From Bacilli bacterium (GTDB taxonomy: Bacteria; Bacillota_I; Bacilli_A; RF39; UBA660): a stretch of 64,000 nt of DNA. Shown one piece after another: positions 29,542 to 40,238 of this stretch (its first letter is position 1; each line of letters starts with the position of its first letter). The translations under genes and the position numbers were made by a program. The stretch spans positions 24,730 to 88,729 of the forward strand of contig JAEENX010000013.1 in assembly GCA_016283935.1 (NCBI GenBank), read 5' to 3'. The notes below the pieces were generated by a model. It saw nothing but the letters and a program-made list of their open reading frames with translations. It was not told where the DNA came from and did not search any database.

Positions 29542-31065
29542 TTATTTAGTTCCATTACAATAACAATTATAAAATAATGCTAATAAAATCCAAAATAATG
29601 GTGTTACAATTACTAGCCATAAGTTAAAGAAGTCTTGAATTAAGAAACAAACAATGCCTAACAATAAAACAAAAGAATAAATATTCATATTTTTTAAACT
29701 TGTTTTAATTAAAACAAATAAGAATAATATATATGACCATAAGCCAATAATACCAATGTTAACAAGCATTGTTAAATAAACATTAGCTGCTGTATCGTTT
29801 ATTGTATATGCACCTAATGATCTAACATCATTTGCATATACACTCATAAATCTAACAGCAAATGTATCTGGTCCACTACCTATCAAAGGATAATCAGGTA
29901 TTAATTTAATAGTTCTCTTCCATAAGAAAACTCTATATGTACCATATTCATCAAGAAAATGTCCATGAAGCATTTCGTGTATTTCATGTAAGAATCCTAA
30001 ATGAATATCAACTAATCCTAAAAATAATAATCCAATAAAAGCACATGCAAATATTCCTATATAATATAATTTAAATAGTTTAATATTATTAATATCATAT
30101 TTAAGTTCATCTATTCTTTTTGCTAATGCAATTAGAATAATAATAACAAATATAAACGCTACTACATATTTATTAAATTGAAAATAGAATCCCAACCTTT
30201 GAACATCATAATGATATTCAGGATTAATAATTATATTAAAACAATATCCGAATAGTATAGCAGCTATTCCTATCATGAATTTTGATAATCTTTTGTTGTT
30301 TTTCAATATAAATGGAAAGAATAATACTAACGTGCCAAAGAAAGCAACCTTTCCACTTTGAACACTTATAATTCCTATAATGAAGAAACCAAACAATATA
30401 GATATGAGTTCAAGAATCTTTTTCCAATTTTCTTCTTTTTCTATAAAAACAAATGCAGCAAAAGATATAGTTAAAACAATACAATAATAAGCAGATATAA
30501 AATCTACATTTCCAATTGTTCCCATAAAACTAACATTATGAGTACCAATACTTCCTTGATACATATTAAAAGGATTAAATCCAATATATTGTAATATACA
30601 TATGCTACTATGTATTATCGAAGAAATAATAATATATAATATATGTTTCTTATCAAACTTAGTAAATAAAGATACATATAAGAAAGATAAGACATATAAA
30701 GATGTTACTAATAAACCTTCTCCTCTTCCAATACCTACATATAAATTATATCTAGAAAAATAAGGTGAAGTAAAAGTAGAGATTACATTTACTAATAAAA
30801 ACGCTAAAGCTAAATATTGAACTAAGCTTAATTTATATATTTTAAATAACTTAAGTTTAAAGAATAATTTATAAATTAACAATATAAATGTACTTATAAC
30901 TATATAAGATATACTAATAATTAAAAAGGAATGCCATTTTATTTCCATAATGTGGAAAAATCCAGTTTTATCAACAATAAATGGAAATATTAAAAACATA
31001 ATAAATATATATGCATCAGTAATAGTATTAAGTATAAATTTTAAATTTTCATTATGTTCTTTCAT
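29542..31065 (-). CDS. O-antigen ligase (WaaL/Wzy_C) family membrane protein
   Basis: Polytopic membrane protein with GRGEG, GTIGN, R..LW, PLIGSGPDTF and NVYL...GIIG motifs. Confidence 0.85.
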   Translation of the reverse strand: MKEHNENLKFILNTITDAYIFIMFLIFPFIVDKTGFFHIMEIKWHSFLIISISYIVISTFILLIYKLFFKLKLFKIYKLSLVQYLALAFLLVNVISTFTSPYFSRYNLYVGIGRGEGLLVTSLYVLSFLYVSLFTKFDKKHILYIIISSIIHSSICILQYIGFNPFNMYQGSIGTHNVSFMGTIGNVDFISAYYCIVLTISFAAFVFIEKEENWKKILELISILFGFFIIGIISVQSGKVAFFGTLVLFFPFILKNNKRLSKFMIGIAAILFGYCFNIIINPEYHYDVQRLGFYFQFNKYVVAFIFVIIILIALAKRIDELKYDINNIKLFKLYYIGIFACAFIGLLFLGLVDIHLGFLHEIHEMLHGHFLDEYGTYRVFLWKRTIKLIPDYPLIGSGPDTFAVRFMSVYANDVRSLGAYTINDTAANVYLTMLVNIGIIGLWSYILFLFVLIKTSLKNMNIYSFVLLLGIVCFLIQDFFNLWLVIVTPLFWILLALFYNCYCNGTK

Positions 31066-31134
31066 ATTTATCATCCTTTATTATAAACATAATAATTATA
31101 CCAAATAAAAAAGAGACTTTATAGTCTCTTTTAT

Positions 31135-32814
31135 TTAAGCATCCAAACCTTCAGATCCCAACCATTTAATACATCCGTTTTCAACGTTTTGTTCATTATT
31201 TTTAACACATGTTACATCATCAGCCCACTCAAATGGATATACGTAATTATCATCATATGGTGAAGATTTAGTTTTAAACACTTCAAAATCACTAGAAGAT
31301 AATTTTCCTTCAATATAAACTTTTCTTAGAGGATTCTGATGGAAAGCACCTCTAAAAACAAATTCTCCCACAGCATATGGTAATAATTTTTTTACCTTAG
31401 CTGGAATAGTGACTTCGGTAATTTGATTATGATAAAAAGCTTCTGTATCTATTCTTTCAACATTTTGTCCTAAATGAAGACTACTAATATTATTATATCT
31501 AAATGCACATCCACCTATTTCAGTTACACTATCTGGAACATTAACTGTAGTAATCTTATTGAATGAGAAAGCTTCACATCCAATAACTTCTAAGCCCTCA
31601 GGAAATTCTATATGAGTTAAATTATTATTAGAAAAAGCGCCTTCATCATCAGCACAATGATTTATCTCTTTAAGAGTATCAGGTAAAACCACAGAATTTA
31701 TACCTTTGTTCATAAAAGCCCACGAACCAATATTAGTAACTGGTTTATTATTTAAATATGTAGGTATAATTGGATCTAAACCAACATTAGAACCCTTATT
31801 AGTTAATTTAACATTTGTTATTCCAGCTTGCTCTCTATCACTTTCAGGAATTAATTCAAATACATAATTTTCTAGAGTTCTATAAACATGATCAGATGCC
31901 CCAGAACATACAGACGCTGCATAATATTGAGCTTTATCAGCATCTCTCAATTCAACGCTATCATAATCATCATTTCCATAATTTTCATTTAATAAATAAT
32001 TCTTAATATAATTAGTACATTTATTTTTATCGCTTACTTTATATTCTACTAAAGTTTGAGCTAAATTAACCTTATAATCAGTTATAGTAATTTTGTCATC
32101 ATAAATATAATACTTATATAAGAATGGTTCTCGCTTTGATATTTGAATGTTAGAATTAATATTTAATTCACACTTACAATATGCATTAGCAATAATTGGA
32201 ATAGCAATAACACCTAATGTAATAACCATCATAAATTTACTATATTTTTTCTTCTTTATTAAAATAACAGCAATAACACCAATTATTATTATAAAAATTA
32301 ATAATCCGAGATAAGAAGTTACTCCAGTCTTTGGATTTTCTACTATTTTTTGTATGACTGTTTTACTATCAGCAGATAAATTTATTTTCATATTACCTAT
32401 ATCATTATATACAGGAGTTTGAAATAAATTATCTTGTACCTTATTAGTATATTCAACGGTTAAATATAAATCTTTATTAGAATTTGCTTTTATAACATAA
32501 GAATCATCTGTAGATTCAAAAGTATATTTCATATGATCAGTATTAATGACAAGTCCATCTTTTTCCATCATATAATCTTCATTTGATTTATTTTCTAATT
32601 TAACTAAATATTTAATATTATCTCCTACTTGGAACATAGTTAAATTCAAATCAACATTTTTATTATTAGCATTTGCATCTACTATTTCTTCAGTATATTC
32701 TGTTTTATTAACAACAGATATATTATTAATAGATATATTACTCATATCACAAGTATCTGCATAAACAATACCAGGTATAAATATAATTAATAACAACATT
32801 AAAACTTTTTTCAT
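31135..32814 (-). CDS. Surface protein with internal NPKTG motif and C-terminal BspA-type LRRs
   Basis: Signal peptide (VYA), NPKTG + TM + KKKK, second hydrophobic segment ending ANA, LRR repeats. Confidence 0.82.
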   Translation of the reverse strand: MKKVLMLLLIIFIPGIVYADTCDMSNISINNISVVNKTEYTEEIVDANANNKNVDLNLTMFQVGDNIKYLVKLENKSNEDYMMEKDGLVINTDHMKYTFESTDDSYVIKANSNKDLYLTVEYTNKVQDNLFQTPVYNDIGNMKINLSADSKTVIQKIVENPKTGVTSYLGLLIFIIIIGVIAVILIKKKKYSKFMMVITLGVIAIPIIANAYCKCELNINSNIQISKREPFLYKYYIYDDKITITDYKVNLAQTLVEYKVSDKNKCTNYIKNYLLNENYGNDDYDSVELRDADKAQYYAASVCSGASDHVYRTLENYVFELIPESDREQAGITNVKLTNKGSNVGLDPIIPTYLNNKPVTNIGSWAFMNKGINSVVLPDTLKEINHCADDEGAFSNNNLTHIEFPEGLEVIGCEAFSFNKITTVNVPDSVTEIGGCAFRYNNISSLHLGQNVERIDTEAFYHNQITEVTIPAKVKKLLPYAVGEFVFRGAFHQNPLRKVYIEGKLSSSDFEVFKTKSSPYDDNYVYPFEWADDVTCVKNNEQNVENGCIKWLGSEGLDA

Positions 32815-32946
32815 AAACAACTCCATATATTTTTCTTATATAATTATATCAAATTATTAATAAAACATATCAAAAATAAATAAGTAAATGTAAAAAAAGT
32901 AAAGTCATACAAATAAAAAACTCACAATAATGTGAGTTTATTAATA

Positions 32947-33414
32947 TTAATATTTAAATCTAACTGGTCCTTCTAATTCTTCTTGACGAACATATCCCTT
33001 TGGATTTAAAAACATAACACAAACACGTCTAAAATGTAATTTTTCTATATCATTAGTAGCAGGTGCAATTGAAAAACTACTATCTTTATCGTTTAATTTA
33101 TTACTAGCTTTTACTTCAACTATTCCAGTTTCTTCATCATATGTTAAATTAATATGAGGAACAAACTTTCCATCTTCAACCCATACTCCATTTTTATATT
33201 TTGTATAGTAATATTTAGCCATTAAATTTAAACCATCAGTATATGGTTCAAATTCCATATCAATTCTTTGAATTGCAAATTCTAAGAATTTCAATAATTC
33301 AGCTAAAGTAATACTAGAGTCATAATCATTATCAACTCTATATAACATGTATTCAGTTATAACATCATCTATATTAATTTTTCTTTTATTTAACCATGGA
33401 TCATATATAAACAT
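32947..33414 (-). CDS. Hypothetical protein
   Basis: AAGGGG RBS, ORF and downstream terminator hairpin. Confidence 0.7.
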   Translation of the reverse strand: MFIYDPWLNKRKINIDDVITEYMLYRVDNDYDSSITLAELLKFLEFAIQRIDMEFEPYTDGLNLMAKYYYTKYKNGVWVEDGKFVPHINLTYDEETGIVEVKASNKLNDKDSSFSIAPATNDIEKLHFRRVCVMFLNPKGYVRQEELEGPVRFKY

Positions 33415-33484
33415 TTCAATTTCCCCTTTAATTGAGAAATATCCTAACAAAAAATAAAAATACTGTCAAATAAAAAAGAATGCA

Positions 33485-35998
33485 TTACGCATTCTTTCCA
33501 CAACATTGTTTATATTTCTTACCAGATCCACAAGGACATGGGTCATTACGTTTAATCTTGTTTCCTTTAACTGTAGGTTTCTTCTTAGCAGCTTCTTTAC
33601 CATCAGTTTGTCCTTCGGCTTTAGTAACAGGTCTTGCAGCAAAGTTTTGTTTAACTTCCATTCTTGCACAGAATACTGCAACAGATCTATCAATGTTATC
33701 TTGCATTTCTTCAAAAGTCTTATGACCTTCTAATGCATAAGCTTGAAGTGGATCAGATTGAGAATATCCTCTTAATCCAATACCTTCTCTTAACATATCC
33801 ATATCTGAAATATGTTTAACCCAAGCTTCATCCATTACTCTTAAAGTAATATGTCTTTCAAAATCATCAACTAATTCCTTTGGAGCAATAGCAATCTTTT
33901 CTTCATATTCTTCAATTACTTTTTCAGAAATTACATCAAATACTTCAGATTCTTTCTTTCCTGATAATTCTTCTAAATGAATTTTAGATTTTCTTAATAA
34001 TTGATGATTAGTTACATCTAAAATATCATCTAAATCAGCATCAGTTAAATATCCTTCTGGTGCAATATGTTCTTCAATTAAGATATCAATATAATTCTTA
34101 ATCATATCAATGATCATTGGATGAACATCTTCAGCGTCTAATATTTTATTTCTACGTTCATATATAGTCTTTCTTTGTTCAGAAACGATATTATCATAAT
34201 CAAGTAAGTTCTTACGCATATCATAGTTGTTTCCTTCAACTTTCTTTTGAGCTGATTCAACTGATTTTGAGAACATCTTTGATCTAACTTGTTCCATATC
34301 ATCTAAACCAAGAGCAGCAACTGTATTTTTAATTCTATCAGCACCAAAACGTTTCATTAATTCATCTTCAAATGAAATGAAGAATTGTGAATAACCAGGG
34401 TCACCTTGTCTACCAGCACGACCACGTAATTGGTTATCAATACGTCTTGATTCATGTCTTTCAGTACCGATTACACATAAACCACCTAAATCAGCAACGC
34501 CAGGTCCAAGCTTAATATCTGTACCACGACCAGCCATGTTAGTTGCAATAGTGATTGCACCTTTTTGACCAGCTTTAGCAATTATTTCAGCTTCTCTAGC
34601 ATGATTCTTAGCATTTAATACTTCATGCTTTAAGTTAGCTTTTGTTAACATCTTTGATAATCTTTCGTTGTTTTCAACTGAAATTGTACCAACTAGAATA
34701 GGTTGTCCAGTAGCATGAATTTGTTTAATAAATTCAACGATTGCTCTAAACTTACCATCTTCTGTAGCATACATGATATCTGCCATATCTTTTCTGATAC
34801 AAGGTTTATTTGTAGGTATTTGAATAACATACATGTTATAAATATCTCTAAATTCTTCTTCTTCAGTTTTAGCAGTACCAGTCATACCTGAAATCTTATT
34901 ATACATTCTGAATAAGTTTTGGTATGTAATAGTAGCCATTGTTCTAGTTTCTTCATTGATTTCTACACCTTCTTTAGCTTCAAGAGCTTGATGTAATCCA
35001 TCACTAAATTGTCTACCTTCCATTAAACGTCCAGTAAATTGGTCAACTATAACAACTTTACCATCTTGAGATACTACATAATCAACATCTACTGCCATAC
35101 CATAGTTAGCTTTTAAAGCTTGATTGATATGGTGAATTAAGATTGTATTATCAGCATCATATAAGTTCTTTAATTTGAAGTATTTTTCCATCTTCTTAGA
35201 ACCTTCTTCAGTTAAAATAACTGATTTAGTTTTTAAGTCAACAGTATAATCCACTTCAGCTTCTAATGTTTTAACAGCTTTATCTGCATCTTTATAAAGG
35301 TTAGCAGAATTAAATTTTCCACCACTAATAATTAATGGAGTTCTTGCTTCATCAATTAAGATTGAGTCTACTTCGTCTAAGATAATATAATTTAATCCTC
35401 TTTGAACTCTATCTTCTTTATTAACTACCATGTTATCTCTTAAGTAGTCAAAACCTAATTCAGAGTTTGTAGAATAAGTTATATCACAGTTATAAACTTC
35501 TCTTTTTTGTTCTGGTGATAATTCTCTTAAGTTAACACCTACAGTTAATCCTAAGAATTTATAAATAGGTCCCATCCATTCAGCATTACGATCAGTTAAG
35601 TATTCGTTTACTGTAACAACATGTACACCGTTACCAGCTAATGCATTTAAATAAGCAGGAAGAATAGTAGTTAATGTTTTACCTTCACCTGTTTTCATTT
35701 CAGCAATATTACCATAATGTAATGCTAAACCACCAAGTAATTGAACATAATATGGTTTTTCACCAATTTGTCTATAAGCAACTTCTCTGATAGTTGCAAA
35801 TGCTCTAACTATAATATCTTCATCATTAATAGTTTTTCCATTAGCTATTTCTTCTTTTAAAATATCTGTCATAGCAGCTAATTCTTTATCAGATTTCTTT
35901 TGGAATTCTTCATCTAAAGCTTCGATTTTGTCTGCTATTTTTTTAAATTTTTTAAGTTCTTTATATTCGCTGTCAAATAAACTTTTTATTATTCCCAT
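33485..35998 (-). CDS. secA: Preprotein translocase ATPase SecA
   Basis: MKTGEGKT, DEVD, TNMAGRGTDI, SEC-C motif. Confidence 0.99.
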   Translation of the reverse strand: MGIIKSLFDSEYKELKKFKKIADKIEALDEEFQKKSDKELAAMTDILKEEIANGKTINDEDIIVRAFATIREVAYRQIGEKPYYVQLLGGLALHYGNIAEMKTGEGKTLTTILPAYLNALAGNGVHVVTVNEYLTDRNAEWMGPIYKFLGLTVGVNLRELSPEQKREVYNCDITYSTNSELGFDYLRDNMVVNKEDRVQRGLNYIILDEVDSILIDEARTPLIISGGKFNSANLYKDADKAVKTLEAEVDYTVDLKTKSVILTEEGSKKMEKYFKLKNLYDADNTILIHHINQALKANYGMAVDVDYVVSQDGKVVIVDQFTGRLMEGRQFSDGLHQALEAKEGVEINEETRTMATITYQNLFRMYNKISGMTGTAKTEEEEFRDIYNMYVIQIPTNKPCIRKDMADIMYATEDGKFRAIVEFIKQIHATGQPILVGTISVENNERLSKMLTKANLKHEVLNAKNHAREAEIIAKAGQKGAITIATNMAGRGTDIKLGPGVADLGGLCVIGTERHESRRIDNQLRGRAGRQGDPGYSQFFISFEDELMKRFGADRIKNTVAALGLDDMEQVRSKMFSKSVESAQKKVEGNNYDMRKNLLDYDNIVSEQRKTIYERRNKILDAEDVHPMIIDMIKNYIDILIEEHIAPEGYLTDADLDDILDVTNHQLLRKSKIHLEELSGKKESEVFDVISEKVIEEYEEKIAIAPKELVDDFERHITLRVMDEAWVKHISDMDMLREGIGLRGYSQSDPLQAYALEGHKTFEEMQDNIDRSVAVFCARMEVKQNFAARPVTKAEGQTDGKEAAKKKPTVKGNKIKRNDPCPCGSGKKYKQCCGKNA

Positions 35999-36116
35999 CT
36001 ATAAAACCTCCAAATGTATATATTATTCTACCATATATATCGATAAATAAGATAGAAAAACCATACATACTAGTTAAATTATAACATAAAAAAAGAGATT
36101 TTTTATCTCTTTTTTA

Positions 36117-36647
36117 TTACTTAGAATAAATAATTCCGTAATTTCCATCTTTTCTCTTATATATAACAGCAAAACATCCTTGATCTACGTCATTATATAA
36201 GAAGAAGTCATGGTCTAATAATTCCATTTGAAGAATAGCTTCTTCTTCATTCATTGGTTTATTTTCAACATTTTTTCTTTTAACTATTTGATTAGTTTCA
36301 ACATATTCTTCATCTTCCTCAGGAATAAAACTAAATACTACATCAGCAGCATCTCTTCTCTTATTTAATCTTGTTTTATTCTTTCTGATTTGTCTTTCTA
36401 ATACATCAACAACTAAATCAATAGCAGCATATAAATCGCTATGTTTTTCTTCAGCTCTTAATGTATATCTAGAAGTAGGAACAGTTACTTCAATTATTTG
36501 TTCTCCGTTTCTTGCTCTTATAATAATATGAGCATCAACCTTGCTAGCATCTTCGAAATACTTATTAAGTCTTTCTAGCTTCTCTCCCACATATTTCTTG
36601 ATTGAATCAGTAACTTCAATCTTGTCGCCACGAATATTAATATTCAT
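36117..36647 (-). CDS. hpf: Ribosome hibernation promoting factor (long HPF)
   Basis: DLYAAID, RQIRKNK, KPMNEEEAILQMELLDHDF; upstream of secA. Confidence 0.95.
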   Translation of the reverse strand: MNINIRGDKIEVTDSIKKYVGEKLERLNKYFEDASKVDAHIIIRARNGEQIIEVTVPTSRYTLRAEEKHSDLYAAIDLVVDVLERQIRKNKTRLNKRRDAADVVFSFIPEEDEEYVETNQIVKRKNVENKPMNEEEAILQMELLDHDFFLYNDVDQGCFAVIYKRKDGNYGIIYSK

Positions 36648-36700
36648 AACATCACACTCCTACTTGTACTATATCACAAAACAATTATTTTGCAATACAA

Positions 36701-36907
36701 TTATGCACTTGCAGGAATTATTTTAACTGATTTAGCTTGAAAGCCTTTTGTAGTATCTAGAAGTTCAAATTTAACTTCTGACCCAGGTATTAAAGTTTTA
36801 AAACCGGTATCAACTATTTGAGAATAATGAACAAACACTTCTTTATCATCAAAACTAATAAATCCATAACCCTTATCATTGTTAAACCATTTTACTATTC
36901 CAGTCAT
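36701..36907 (-). CDS. Cold-shock domain protein
   Basis: GIVKWFN, KGYGFI (RNP1), VFVHY (RNP2). Confidence 0.95.
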   Translation of the reverse strand: MTGIVKWFNNDKGYGFISFDDKEVFVHYSQIVDTGFKTLIPGSEVKFELLDTTKGFQAKSVKIIPASA

Positions 36908-37105
36908 AAATAACCTCCTTTCCTTAGAATATGTTTCAACATATTCTGTAATTCATAATATTTAAATAAGTGAACACATCAACTAATAGTTTTCCAAAAT
37001 TCCTAATTATTAACATATAGTTATTGCATTCGAGAAATAAGCTAACATATGAAAAAGTACAAAAAAGTACATTTTAGTATATTTTTTAATAAAAAAAGAG
37101 ATTTT

Positions 37106-37537
37106 TTAATAAAAATCTCTCTTTTCTCTAGCTAAATCTCTTTCTTTAATAGATTCTCTTTTGTCATATAACTTTTTACCAGTACATACTCCAACTAGAA
37201 TCTTAACTTTATCATCTTTAAAATACAACTTTAAAGGAACTAAAGTTTTACCAGTTTGTTTAACTATATCAAATAATTTATTTATTTCTTTTTTATGAAG
37301 TAATAGTTTTCTTTCTCTTCTTTCATCATGATTAAATCTATTACCTTCATCATATTTAGCGATATACATGTTTATAACATACATTTCACCATTTTTAATT
37401 CTTGCAAAAGTATCTTTTAAATCAACGCTACCCTTTCTGATAGATTTTATTTCTGTACCTTTAAGTACGATTCCACATTCATATTCTTCTTCTATAAAAT
37501 AATCAAAATATGCTTTTTTATTTTTTACTTCTACCAT
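37106..37537 (-). CDS. smpB: SsrA-binding protein
   Basis: [34 protein letters not shown]. Confidence 0.98.
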   Translation of the reverse strand: MVEVKNKKAYFDYFIEEEYECGIVLKGTEIKSIRKGSVDLKDTFARIKNGEMYVINMYIAKYDEGNRFNHDERRERKLLLHKKEINKLFDIVKQTGKTLVPLKLYFKDDKVKILVGVCTGKKLYDKRESIKERDLAREKRDFY

Positions 37538-39740
37538 TATTTAATGTTAATTTTTTAGCGTTATCTTTATCTTCTACTTCTTCTTTATCGTATCTTAAAT
37601 CTTTTACTATTTCAAAATCAATCTCTTTAGTTTCTTTAGATGCTCTAGTACATATTACATATAATCTATCACCAATTGTATAAGTTCTTTTAGTATTCTT
37701 ACCAATTATACACATATTTTGTTCGTCATATTCAAAATAATCACCTTTAATAGATTCAAGAGTAACAAATCCTTCAATACCATTATCTATAGCACAATAC
37801 ATTCCTTTTTTACTTAAATCAGTGACCATAACTTCAAATTCAGCTGCTGGATTTTCTACAAGATAGTTTTCCATATATTCAGCCATCTTCATCTTATTTA
37901 CTTCTCTTTCGGCTTTATCAGATGCTTGTTCTCTTTCAGAACAATGACGACACCATTCATCCATATGATTTTCATAGTATTCAATAGTCTTTTTATCTAA
38001 TTTATGAGCAATAATAAAATCCTTTACTAATCTATGAAGAATATCATCCGGATATCTTCTGATTGGTGAAGTGAAATGAGCATAATTATCACTAGCTAAA
38101 CCAAAGTGTCCAATATTATCTGGAGAATATACTGCTTTAGACATTGTTCTTATTAATTTAGCTCTTAATATTTGAGCAAATTGTGGATCATCATTTGGAA
38201 TTTCATTTAACATTTTTTGGAATTCACGTGCAGTCATTTCTTTTGGCATTTTTAAATGTACGCCATGTAATTCACAAAAATGAATAAACTCAGATAATTT
38301 ATCTTCTAGAGGTATATCATGTATACGATAAATACATACTAATTGAAGAACAGCAATCATATAACATACTGTTTCATTAGCAGCAACCATGAAATCTTCA
38401 ATAAGTTTTTCTCCTTCTCCTCTTGATCTTTTATCAATTTTTACTGGTTTTCCTTCATCATCACAAACAACTTTAACTTCATCAACTTCAAAGTCACATG
38501 CTCCTCTTAAAGTTCTTTCATTTCTAATTATATGAGCTAAAGTTTGCATGTTATTTAATGTTTCAGCAAACTCTTCATATCCTTCAGGAATAACATTATC
38601 TTCTATTATTTGATTAACTGCATCATAAGTCATTTTCTTTCTTGATTTAATTACAGAATTATATACTTCATAATCAACAACTTTACCTTTTGAATTGATT
38701 TTCATCATACAAGTAACAGCAAGTCTATCTTGATTATCCCATAAAGAACAAATACCGCTTGATAATTCGTGAGGATACATTGGTATAACATAACTTGCAG
38801 GATATGTAGATGTTCCTCTTCTATATGCTTCTTTATCCAATGGACTTCCTGCAGGTACATAATGAGTAACATCAGCAATATGAACACCTAAATAATAGAA
38901 TCCATCTTTATAATCTAATGAAATAGCATCATCGATATCTTTAGTATCGGCGCCATCGATTGTAAATATCATTTTATCTCTTAAATCTACTCTGCCTTCT
39001 AAATCTTCAGGTCTTACTTCAGTAGGTAATGCTTTTACTTGTTGAATACAATCTTCAGGAAATTGATCAAATATATCATATTTAGCAACTTCTTCTAAAA
39101 CATCCACTAAAGCATCATCTTTATGAGCTATATGAACAATTTTATCAGCAACTAATCTTTTGAAATTTGTAGCAAGTTTAACACATACAATTTCACCAGC
39201 TACACACTTTTTTAATTCTTCTGGTGGAATTTCTATAAATCCCACTTTCTTATCATTTGGTTCAAAATATAATTGACCATCTTGTATCTTGATTTCACCT
39301 ACTATATTATTTTTATCTCTTTTAAGGATTCTAATAACTTTTCCTTCTCTTTTTCTATCTTTAGATGCTTCTTTAATAATTTCAACTAAGACAGTATCAC
39401 CATTTAAAGCTTTATTTAAATTTTCTTCCTTAATAAAGATATCCTCTTCGTCCTCTTTCTTTTCTTCAGGAACTAAGAATCCAAATCCATCTTTCTTTAT
39501 TTGTAATGTTCCCATAACAAAATTAGGACATCTTTCAATTAAAATGTATTTCTTCTTATTAGTATAATATAAAACATGTTCATTTACTGCTTCTTCAAGT
39601 AATTCTTGAACAATTCTAATATCATCTACATTTTCAATTCCCATCTTATTACATATTTCATCTGGTTTTAATCCACCATATTGAGTCTTTAAAAATTCTA
39701 ATAGTTGTGTTTTTAATTCTTTTCTATGTTCAAAATCCAT
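37518..39740 (-). CDS. rnr: Ribonuclease R
   Basis: [28 protein letters not shown]1 domain; secG-rnr-smpB order. Confidence 0.96.
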   Translation of the reverse strand: MDFEHRKELKTQLLEFLKTQYGGLKPDEICNKMGIENVDDIRIVQELLEEAVNEHVLYYTNKKKYILIERCPNFVMGTLQIKKDGFGFLVPEEKKEDEEDIFIKEENLNKALNGDTVLVEIIKEASKDRKREGKVIRILKRDKNNIVGEIKIQDGQLYFEPNDKKVGFIEIPPEELKKCVAGEIVCVKLATNFKRLVADKIVHIAHKDDALVDVLEEVAKYDIFDQFPEDCIQQVKALPTEVRPEDLEGRVDLRDKMIFTIDGADTKDIDDAISLDYKDGFYYLGVHIADVTHYVPAGSPLDKEAYRRGTSTYPASYVIPMYPHELSSGICSLWDNQDRLAVTCMMKINSKGKVVDYEVYNSVIKSRKKMTYDAVNQIIEDNVIPEGYEEFAETLNNMQTLAHIIRNERTLRGACDFEVDEVKVVCDDEGKPVKIDKRSRGEGEKLIEDFMVAANETVCYMIAVLQLVCIYRIHDIPLEDKLSEFIHFCELHGVHLKMPKEMTAREFQKMLNEIPNDDPQFAQILRAKLIRTMSKAVYSPDNIGHFGLASDNYAHFTSPIRRYPDDILHRLVKDFIIAHKLDKKTIEYYENHMDEWCRHCSEREQASDKAEREVNKMKMAEYMENYLVENPAAEFEVMVTDLSKKGMYCAIDNGIEGFVTLESIKGDYFEYDEQNMCIIGKNTKRTYTIGDRLYVICTRASKETKEIDFEIVKDLRYDKEEVEDKDNAKKLTLNNGRSKK

Positions 39741-39824
39741 CACGATCACCTATTCCATATATAATTATAACATTGTTTAATAAAAAAAGTACATTTTCAT
39801 GTACTTCATATTGTAAATATACTC

Positions 39825-40055
39825 TTAGTAAAATAAGTATAAAACTAAAGAAATAACAAAGAATGAAATACCTAAAATCAATGTTATTCTACTTATTACT
39901 AATTCAGATCCTCTTTCTTTTATGTTAGAGAATAATTCTTGGTTACCACCTGTAATAATTTGTCCACCAGCTTGTGCTTTATTACTTTGTAATAATACTA
40001 AAGCAATAAGTAAAACTGAAACTACTATTAATGAAATTTCTAAAATTTCTGCCAT
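39825..40055 (-). CDS. secG: Preprotein translocase subunit SecG
   Basis: Two TMs, VLLQ...LF...KERG..; synteny with rnr. Confidence 0.92.
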   Translation of the reverse strand: MAEILEISLIVVSVLLIALVLLQSNKAQAGGQIITGGNQELFSNIKERGSELVISRITLILGISFFVISLVLYLFY

Positions 40056-40238
40056 AATATCACCCGATTTCTTTAATAATTTAACATAATCATACATAAA
40101 TATCAAGAAAAATAGACATTTAATAAATATAGTAAATAGTATAATTTATATGTAAAACTAAATCAATAGATATATTAATACTTATTATTAATTTATATTA
40201 TATGATATAATTAAAGAGAATAAAAAGGAGGCGAAAAT

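Noticed and set aside
37051..39800. 15-bp direct repeat AAAAAAGTACATTTT at about 37061 and 39783 flanking rnr-smpB
   Set aside because: Low-complexity AT-rich sequence within terminator-like regions around core genes; likely chance
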